A DNA stretch of 64,000 nucleotides from NCBI RefSeq assembly GCF_009914755.1, contig NC_060940.1; one strand, 5' to 3'. Position numbers and translations under genes: made by a program. The stretch comes from the human T2T-CHM13v2.0 reference genome, Homo sapiens. Each line of letters opens with the position of its first letter. The stretch's first letter is position 1. The notes beneath the pieces are model-generated. The model had not been told where the DNA came from. It worked only from the letters and a program-made list of their open reading frames with translations, and did not search any database. Shown one piece after another: positions 53,631 to 64,000 of this stretch.

Positions 53631-56600
53631 TACATTCGAGTCCATACGATGATTCCACTCAATTCCATATGATGATGATTCCATTCGATTCCATTCGATG
53701 ATTCCATTCTATTCTATTCAATGGTGATTCCATTCGAGTACATTAGATGATTCCATTCGATTCCATTCAATGATGATTCTATTTGTGTCCCTTAGATGGT
53801 TCCACATGATTCCATTTCATGATGATACTATTTGAGCCCATCCAATGATTCCCTTCGATTCCATTCGATGAGGATTCCATTCGATTCAATTCATTGGTGA
53901 TTCTATTCAATTCAATTCTTTGATTCCATTCCATTCCATTCGACAATGATTCCATTCGATTTCTTTCGATGATTCCACTCGATTCCACTTGACATTGATT
54001 CCATTCGATTCCATTCAATGATTCCGTTTGATTCCAGTGGATGATGATTGCCATCGATTCCATTCGATCACTCCATTCTATTCCATTTGATGATGATTAC
54101 ATTCGATTCCATTTGATGATTCCATCTGATTCTATTCGAGGATTCCATTTGATTCCATTCGATGATGATTCCATTCGAGTGCATTCGATGATTTCATTCG
54201 AGTACATCCAATGATTCCATTCGAGTCCATTTGATGATTCCATTTAATTCCATTTGATTATGATTCTACTAGAGTCCATTCAATGACTCCATTCGAATCC
54301 ATTCAGCAATTCCATTCGAGGCCATTCGATGATTCCATTTCATGATTCCATTCGAGTCCATTTAATCATTACAGTCGAGTCCATTTGGTGATTTCACCGG
54401 ATTTCTTTTGATATTGATACCATTCAATTACATTTGATGATGATCCCATTCAATTTCATTTGATGGTGATTCCATTAGAGTCCATTCGATGATTTCATTC
54501 GAGTCCCTTCATTGATTCCATCCGATTTCATTGGATGATGACACCATTCGAGTCCATTCGATGATTCCACTCGATTCCATTAGATGATTCCATTGGAGTC
54601 CATTTGATTGTTCCATTCGATTCCATTCGATTCCTTTCGAAGATTATTCCATTTGAGTCCATTCGATGATGATTCCATTCCATTCCATTCGATGATTCCG
54701 TTTGATTCCATTCGATGATTCCCTTCGATTCCTTTCTTTGATGATTCCATTCCATTCCATTCAATGATTCCATTCGAATCTATTCCATGATGATTCCTTT
54801 TCATTCCATTCGCTGATGTTTCCGTTCAATTCCATTCGATGATGATTCCATTCGATTCCATTCATTGAGGATTCCATTTGATTCCATTCAATGATGATTC
54901 CATTCTATTCCATTCAATGATTGCATTCAATTCCATTCAATGATTATCCCATTAGAGTAAACTCAACGATTCCATTCAATACCATTCGATGATGATTCCT
55001 TTTGAGTCCATTCAATGATTTCATTCAAGTCCATTTGATGATTCCTTTCAATTCCATTCTATGATGATTCCATTCGAGTCCATTCGATGATTCCATTTGA
55101 TTGCATTCGATGATTCCATTATATTCCAGTCAACGATGATTCCATTCGAGTCCATTCGATGATTCCATTAGAGTACATTTAATGATTGCTTTGTTTTCAA
55201 TTCGAAGATGATTACATTGGATTCCATTCTATGATACCATTCGATTCCATTCAATGATGATTCCACTCAAATCCATTGGATGATTCCATTCGTGTCCATT
55301 CGGTGATTTCATTAGATTCCATTCGAGGATGATTCCATTCGATTCCATTCGATGATTCCATTCAATTCCATTCGATGATGATTCCATTCCAGTCCATATG
55401 ATCATTCCATTTGATTTCATTCGATAATGATTCCATTCGATTCCATTCGATGATTCCATTCTATTCCATTCGATGATGATTCCATTCGAGTCCATTCGAT
55501 GATTCCATTCGAGTCCATTTAATGATTCCATTGGGTTCAATTCAATGATGATTACATTGGATTCCGTTCTATGATTCCATTCAATTCCGTTCATTGACAA
55601 TTTGATTCCATTCGATGATGATTCCATTTGAGTTCAATCGATGATTCTATTCGATTCTCTTCGATGGTGATTCAATTCTATTATATTGGATGATTCCATT
55701 CGATTCCATTTGATGTTGATTCAATTCGATTCTATTCGATGATGATTCCATTGGATTTCACTTGATGATTCTATTCGATTCCATTCAATGATGATTCACT
55801 TCTCGTCCATTGGATGATTCCATTTCATTCCATTCGATGATGATTCCATTTCATTCCATGCGACGGTGAGCAATTCGATTCAATTCCATGATGATTCTAT
55901 TTTATTCAATTAGATGATGTTTCCATTCGAATCCATTCCATGATTATTCCATTGGAATCCATTTGGCGATGATTCCATATGAGTCAATTCAATGATGATT
56001 CCATATGGGTCCGTTCGATGATAATTCCATTTGATTTCATTGAATGCTTCTATTCTATTCCAGTCGATGATGATTCCGTTGGAGTCCATACGATGATTCC
56101 ATTTGATTTCATTTGATGATGATTCCATTCGATGATGATTACATTGGATTCCATTCTATGATTCCATTCAATTCCATTCGTTGATGATTCGATTCCATTC
56201 AATGATGATTCCATTTGAGTTCATTCGATGATTCTATTCGATTCCGTTCGATGGTGATTCAATTCTATTATATTGGATGATTCCACTCGATTCCATTTGA
56301 TGATTATTCCATTGGAGTCCACTTAGTGAATCCTTTAGATTCTACTCGAAGATGATTCCATTCGAGTCCATTCAATGATACCATTCAATTTCATTCGTTG
56401 ATGCTTCCATTCAACTGCATTCGATGATATCATTCGATTCCATTTGATGATAATTCCATTTGATTCCATGCGATGATTCTATTCCATTCCATTCAATGAT
56501 AATTCCATTCAATTCAGTGATTCCTCTGGACTCCATTTGATGATGATTCCATTCAATGATTCCATTCGATTCTATTCCAAAATGATTCCATTTGAATCCA

Positions 56601-59600
56601 TTTGATGATGATTCCATTAGATTCCATTTGATGATTCCATTCGATTGCATTTGACGATGATTCCATTCGATTCCATTTGATGATTCCATTCTATTCTATT
56701 CGATGATGATTCCATTCGATTCCATTTGATGATGATTGGATTCGATTCCATTTGATGATTTCATTTGATTCCATTCGTTAATGATTTCGATCAACTCCAT
56801 TCGATGATTCCATTTGATTCCATTCGATAATGATTACATCCGAGTCCATTCGATGATTCCATTTGAGCCCGTTCGATAATTCCATTTGAGTCCAATCAAT
56901 GATTCCATTCATTTCCATTCAATGATTCCATTCGAGTCCATTTGATCATTCTGGTAGGGTCCGTTCGATGTTGATTCCATTGGAGTGCATTCGATGATTC
57001 CATTCGAGTCCATTTTATGATTTGATTCGAGTCCTTTCGATGATTCCATTCGATTCCACTCGATGATGATTTCATTCGAGTCCATTCGACACTTCCAATC
57101 GATTCCATTTGATGTTTCCATTCGAGTCCAATTGATGATTCCATTCAATTCCATTCGATGATGATTCCGTACGATTCCATTGTGTGATGATTCCATGTGA
57201 TTGCATTCAATGATGATTCCTTTCGATTGCATTCGATTATGATTCATTTCGTGCTCATTCTATGGTTCCACAGGTTTCCATTCGATGACGTTTCCGTTCG
57301 TGTCCATTCCATTATTCCATTCTATTTCATTTGATGATGATTCCATTCGATTCCATTCATTGGTGATTCCACTCAATTCCATTCAATGATTCCATTCCAT
57401 TTCTTTCAACAATGATTCCATTAGTTTCTATTCGATGATCCACTTGATTCCATTTGGCCATGATTCCATTCGTGTCCATTCGATGATTCCATTTGATTCC
57501 ATATGATGATGATTCCATTCGATTCCATACCATGATGATTCCATTCGAGTCCATTCAATGGTGATTCCATTCAATTCCATTCGATGATTCCTTCCGATTC
57601 CATTCGATGATGATGGCATTCGATTCCTTTCAATCATTCCCTTTGATTCCATTCAAAGGTGATTTCATTCAAGTCCATTCGATAATTGCATTCGATTCCA
57701 TTCTATGATGATTCCATTCGAGTCCATTTGATGATTCCATTCAATTCAAGTCAATGATGATTCCATTCAATTCCACTCGATGATTCCATTGGATTCCATT
57801 CGATGATGATTCCATTCAAATCCATTCGATAATTCAATTCAAGTCCATTCGATGATGATTCCAATCGAATCCATTCAAAGATTCCATTCAATTCCATTCG
57901 ATGATGATTCCCTTAGATTCCATTCGATGATTCCACTTGATTCCATTTACGATGATTCCATTCGATTCCATGTGATGAATCCATTCAATTCTATTCAATG
58001 ATGTTTCCATTTGATTCCATTGGACCATGATTGCCTTTGATTCCATTCAATGATTCCATTCGGTTCCATTTGATGATGATTCCGTTCGATTCCATTTCAT
58101 TATTCCATTTGATTCCATTGGATGAGTCCATTCGATTACATTCGATGATTATTCCATTCGAGTGCATTAGATGATTGCATTCGAGTCCATTCGATGATTC
58201 CATTCGATTCCATTCGATGTTGATTCTGTTCAAATCCATTCGATGATTCCACTCGATTCCAATCGATGACTCCATTTGATCCCATTCGATGATTTCCTGT
58301 GATTCCCTTTGATGATCATTCTATTTGATTCAATTCGGTGATTTCATTTCATTCCATTCAGTGATGTTTCCATTCGACTGTATTCGATGATGATTCCATT
58401 CGACTCCATTCGATTATGATTTCATTCAATTCCATTCAATAATGATTCCCTTCGAGTCCATTCGATGATTCCATTCGATTCCATTCAACGATGATTTGAT
58501 TCGTTTCCATTCGATGATTCCATTTGATTCCACTTGATGATGATTCCATTCGAGTCCATTTGATGATTCCATTCGAGTCTATTTATGTATTATATTCGTG
58601 TCCACTTCATGATTCCATTCAATTCCATTTAATGTTGATTCCATTTGATTCCATTTGATGATTCAGTTCGATTCCTTGCAATGATTCCCTACGATTCCTT
58701 TCTCTGATGATTCCATTCGATTCCATTCATTGATGATTTCATTCGACTCCATTCGATGATGATTCCTTTCGATTCCATTTGACGATGTTTCCATTCGAGT
58801 CCATTCGATGATGATTCTATTCAATTCTGTTCTATTATGATTCCATTCGATTTCATTCAATGCTTCTATTTGATTCCATTCGATGATGATTCCATCTCTT
58901 TCCCTTCGATGATTCCATTTGATTCCATTCAGTGATGATTCCATTTGATTCCATCTGATGATGATTTCACTTGATTCCTTTCAATGATGATTCAATTCAA
59001 GTCCATTCGATGATTCCATTGGAGTCCAAACGATCATTCCGTTCGATTCCATTCAATGGTGATTCCATTCATGTCCATTCGATGAATCCTTTCAATTCCA
59101 TTCGATGATGACTCCATTCGAGTACATTCGATGATTCCATTTGATTCCATTTGAAGATGATTCCATTCAATTCCATTCGAAGATGATTCCATTCAATTCC
59201 ATTCGATGATGATTCCGTATGAATCCATTCTCTGATTATTCCATTCGATTCCATTCATTGACGATTCCATTCAATTCCATTCAATGATGATTCTCTTCTA
59301 TTCCATTCGATGATTCCGGTCGATTCCATTCGATGATGATTCCATTAGATTCCATTCGATTGTTGCATTCGATTCCCTTCGATGATGATTCCTTTGAATT
59401 CCATTCGATTATCATTCCGTATGAATCCATTTGATGATTATTCCATTGGATTCCTTTCGATGATGATTCCATTCGATTCCATTTGATGATGTTTCTCTTG
59501 TATTCCATTGGATAATTCCTTTCAGTTCCCTTCGATGATTATTCTTTCGAGTCAATTCGATGATTCTATTCCATTCCCTTCGATGATGATTCCATTTCAC

Positions 59601-62600
59601 TCCATTTGATGATTCCATTCGACTCAATTTGGTGATGATTCAATTCGATGACATTCGATGACTCCATTCAATTTCATTTGATGATGATTACATTCGAGTC
59701 CATTTGATGATTGTATTCCTTTCCTTTTGATGATTATTCCATTCGTGTCTACTCAAAGATTCCATTCTATTCCATTCAATGATGATTGCATTTGATTCCA
59801 TTCAATGATTATGGCTATCGATTCCACTCGTTGATTCCATTTGATTCCGTTCGATGATTATTCCGTTAGATTCCATTAGAAGATTCCATTCGATTTTATT
59901 CAATGATTCCAATGGATTCCATTCAATGATGATTCCATTCGACTCCATTCAGTGATTCCATTCGAGTCCATTTGATGATTCCATTCTTTTCCATTTGATG
60001 ATGATTCCATTAGGGTCCATTCAATGATTCCATTCGAGTCCATTCGTTAATGCCTTTCGAGTCCTTTTGATCACTACATTCGAGTCCATTCAATGATTCT
60101 ATTCGATTCCATTCCATGATGATTCCATTCGAGTTCATTCGATGATTGCATTCGAGTCCATTTGATGATTCCATATGATTCCCTTCGACAATGATTCCAT
60201 TCGTGTCCATTTGATGATTCCATTCATTTCCTATCGATGAAGATTCCATTCAAGTGTATTCGATGATTCCATTCAAATCCATTCGATGATGATTCCATTC
60301 CAGTCCATTCGATCATTCCACTTGATTCCATTTGATGACTATTCCATTCAAATCCATTTGATGATTCCATTCGATTCCATTCGATGTTACCATTCGAGTA
60401 TATACGATGATTCCACTCGATTCCATTTGATGATTATTCCATTGGAGTCCACTTAGTGAATCCTTTAGATTCTACTGGAAGATGATTCCATTCGAGTCCA
60501 TTCGATGATACCATTCAATTCCATTCGTTGATGCTTCCATTCAAGTGCATTCGATGATATCATTCGATTCCATTTGATGATAATTCCATTTGATTCCATG
60601 CGATGATTCTATTCGATTCCATTCAATGATAATTCCATTCAATTCAGTGATTCCTCTGGACTCCATTTGATGATGATTCCATTCAATGATTCCATTCGAT
60701 TCTATTCGAAAATGATTCCATTTGAATCCATTTGATGATGATTCCATTGGATTCCATTTGATGATTCCATTCGATTCCATTCGATGATGATTCCTTTCGA
60801 TTCCTTTTGATGAATCCATTCTATTGTATTCGATGATGATTCCATTCGATTCCATTCGATGATGATTGGATTCGATTCCATTTGATGATTTCATTTGATT
60901 CCATTCGCTAATGATTTCGATCAATTCCATTCGATGATTCCATTCGATTCCATTCGATAATGATTACATCCGAGTCCATTCGATGATTCCATTTGAGCCC
61001 GTTCGATAATTCCATTTGAGTCCAATCAATGATTCCATTCATTTCCATTCAATGATTCCATTCGAGTCCATTTGATCATTCCGGTAGGGTCCGTTCGATG
61101 TTGATTCCATTGGAGTGCATTCGATGATTCCATTCGAGTCCATTTTAGGATTTGATTCGAGTCCTTTCGATGATTCCATTCGATTCCACTCGATGATTTC
61201 ATTCGAGTCCATTCGACACTTCCAATCGATTCCATTTGATGTTTCCATTCGATTCCAATTGATGATTCCATTCAATTCCATTCGATGATGATTCCGTACG
61301 ATTCCATTCTGTGATGATTCCATGTGATTGCATTCAATGATGATTCCTTTCGATTGCATTCGATTATGATTCATTTCGTGTTCATTCTATGGTTCCACAG
61401 GTTTCCATTCGATGATGTTTCCATTCGTGTCCATTCCATTATTCCATTCTATTCCATTTGAAGATGATTCCATTCGATTCCATTCATTGGTGATTCCACT
61501 CAATTCCATTCAATGATTCCATTCCATTTCTTTCAACAATGATTCCATTAGTTTCTATTCGATGATCCACTTGATTCCATTTGACGATGATTCCATTCGT
61601 GTCCATTCGATGATTCCATTTGATTCCATATGATGATGATTCCATTCGATTCCATACGATGATGATTCCATTCGAGTCCATTCAATGGTGATTCCATTCA
61701 ATTCCATTCGATGATTCCTTTTGATTCCATTCAATGATGATGGCATTCGATTCCTTTCGATCATTCCCTTTGATTCCATTCAAAGGTGATTTCATTCAAG
61801 TCCATTCGATAATTGCATTCGATTCCATTCTATGATGATTCCATTCGAGTCCATTTGATGATTCCATTCAATTCAAGTCAATGATGATTCCATTCGATTC
61901 CACTTGATGATTCCATTGGATTCCATTCGATGATGATTCCATTCAAATCCATTCGATAATTCAATTCAAGTCCATTCGATGATGATTCCAATCGAATCCA
62001 TTCAAAGATTCCACTCAATTCCATTCGATGATGATTCCCTTAGATTCCATTCGATGATTCCACTTGATTCCATTTACGATGATTCCATTCGATTCCATGT
62101 GATGATTCCATTCAATTCTATTCAATGATGTTTCCACTTGATTCCATTCGAACATGATTGCCTTTGATTCCATTCAATGATTCCATACGGTTCCATTTGA
62201 TGATGATTCCATTCGAGTGCATTAGATGATTCCATTCGAGTCCATTCGATGATTCCATTCGATTCCATTCGATGTTGATTCTGTTCAAATCCATTCGATG
62301 ATTCCACTCGATTCCATTCGATGACTCCATTTGATCCCATTCGATGATTTCCTTTGATTCCCTTTGATGATCATTCCATTTGATTCAATTCGGTGATTTC
62401 ATTTGATTCCATTCAGTGATGTTTCCATTCGACTCCTTTCGATGATGATTCCATTCGACTCCATTCGATTATGATTTCATTCAATTCCATTCGATAATGA
62501 TTCCCTTCAAGTCCATTCGATGATTCCATTCGATTCCATTCAACGATGATTTGATTCGTGTCCATTCGATGATTCCATTTGATTCCATTTGATGATGATT

Positions 62601-63590
62601 CCATTCGAGTCCATTTGATGATTCCATTCAATTCCATTCTCCGATGATTTCTTTTGAGCCCATTCAATGCTTCCACTCGATTCCATATGATGATGACTCC
62701 ATTTGATGAAATTCCATGATGATTCCATTCGCTTGCATTCGATGATGATTCCACTTGAGTCCGTTAGAAGATTCTATTCAATTACATTCCATGACGATTC
62801 TGTTCGAGTCCATTTGATGATTCCATTAGACTCCATTCGACGATGATTCCATTCGATGTTATTCGATGATGATTCTTTTCAACTCCATTCGATGTTTCCA
62901 TTCGAGTTCATTCTATTATTCCATTAGATTCCATTCGATGATGATTCCATTCGATTCCATTTGATGATTGCATTCTATTTCATTTGATGATGATTCCATT
63001 CGAGTCCATTCGATGATTCCATTCGAGTCCATTTAATGAATCCATTGGTTTCAATTCTATGATGATTACATTGGATTCCATTCGTTGATGATTTCATTCG
63101 ATTCCATTCAATGATGATTCCATTCAATTCCATTCAATGATTCCATTCAATTCCATACGATGATGATTCCATTTGATTTGATTCGACAGTGAGCCATTTG
63201 ATTCAATTCCATGATGATTCTATTTGATTCAATTGGTTGACATTTCCATTCGATTCCATTCGATGATGATTCCATTTGATTCCATTCAAAGATGATTCCA
63301 TTCTAGCCCATTCAATCATTCCATTCGATTCTATTCAATGATGATTCCATTCATGTCGATTTGGTGATTCCATTTGACTTCATTTGATGATGATTCCTTT
63401 CAAGTTCATTAGATGATTCCATTCGATTCCATTTGATGATGATCCCATTCGAGTCCATTCAGTGATTCCACTCGTTTCCATTCCATGATGATTCCATTCC
63501 ATTCCATTCAATGATTCCATTCGATTCCGTTTGATGATGATTTCATTCGAGTCCATTTGATGATTCCGTTTGATTCCATTCGATGATGAT
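53631..63590 (+). repeat. Family B macro-repeat copy 2 (9,960 bp)
   Basis: Colinear with B copy 1, with 23 extra bp at ~58551-58573. Confidence 0.92.
56282..62605 (+). repeat. Internal ~4.1-kb-spaced duplication in B copy 2
   Basis: ORF markers 56411/60541 and 56896/61026 (+4130), 57357/61484 (+4127). Confidence 0.88.
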
Positions 63591-64000
63591 TACATTCGAG
63601 TCCATAAGATGATTCCACTCAATTCCATATGATGATGATTCCATTTGATTCTATTCAATGGTGATTCCATTCGAGTACATTAGATGATTCCATTCGATTC
63701 CATTCAATGATGATTCTATTTGTGTCCCTTAGATGGTTCCACATGATTCCATTTCATGATGATACTATTTGAGCCCATCCAATGATTCCCTTCGATTCCA
63801 TTCGATGAGGATTCCATTCGATTCAATTCATTGGTGATTCTATTCAATTCAATTCTTTGATTCCATTCCATTCCATTCGACAATGATTCCATTCGATTTC
63901 TTTCGATGATTCCACTCGATTCCACTTGACATTGATTCCATTCGATTCCATTCAATGATTCCGTTTGATTCCAGTGGATGATGATTGCCATCGATTCCAT
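63591..64000 (+). repeat. Family B macro-repeat copy 3, start only (cut by window edge)
   Basis: The 94-aa marker ORF at 63716 is identical to the one at 53779 (offset 9937 after a 23-bp deletion near 63645). Confidence 0.85.

Larger units (their letters stand above)
1..64000 (+). repeat. Human-type Satellite II (HSat2/HSATII) array, C-rich (CATTC) strand on +
   Basis: Continuous diverged CATTC repeats with the HSat2-diagnostic CATTCGATTC, CATTCGAGTC and GATGAT elements. TCGA (TaqI) and GANTC (HinfI) sites are very dense. Long pure (CATTC)n runs typical of HSat3 are absent. No strand switch or non-satellite interruption was seen. Confidence 0.97.

Noticed and set aside
97-64000. Numerous minus-strand ORFs of 60-196 aa (MESNGIIEWNRMESS-type)
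   Set aside because: They are translations of the GAATG/ATC satellite strand, which is ATG-rich and stop-poor. All three frames give the same low-complexity peptide, no domain is recognisable, and indels are not multiples of 3.
1-64000. CRISPR-like array of 23-26-bp repeats
   Set aside because: There are no unique spacers, leader or cas genes. The repeats are contiguous degenerate satellite monomers.
1-64000. HSat3 / DYZ1 assignment
   Set aside because: CATTCGATTC and GATGAT elements dominate, and pure CATTC runs are short, which is diagnostic of HSat2.
1-64000. Assignment to a specific chromosome, HSat2 subfamily or species
   Set aside because: This needs a k-mer or alignment search against T2T human and ape assemblies, which I cannot run.

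Overview
The whole 64 kb window is one uninterrupted, single-orientation array of human-type Satellite II (HSat2/HSATII) pericentromeric DNA. It is made of diverged CATTC pentamers organised as ~23/26-bp (ATTCCATTCG)2(ATG)1-2 monomers, with the C-rich strand on +. I see no credible gene, RNA gene, transposon or CRISPR array. The ORF track consists of minus-strand translations of (GAATG)n and is useful only as a set of positional markers. The real structure is higher-order. From 1 to ~43540 there are ~3.4 near-identical copies of a 12,665-bp macro-repeat (family A), each containing an internal 836-bp tandem duplication. At ~43540 a 2,592-bp jump marks a switch to a different ~9.94-kb macro-repeat (family B, 2 copies plus a stub), which is a reshuffled mosaic of the same sequence blocks and has an internal ~4.1-kb-spaced duplication. 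Other visible features are indels in monomer-sized steps (10, 23, 49 bp), a variant-rich tract in A copy 3 that shares alleles with family B, and DUX4-consensus motifs. I found no support for a novel coding system. Species, chromosome and HSat2 subfamily cannot be assigned from the sequence alone. All alignments were done by eye.
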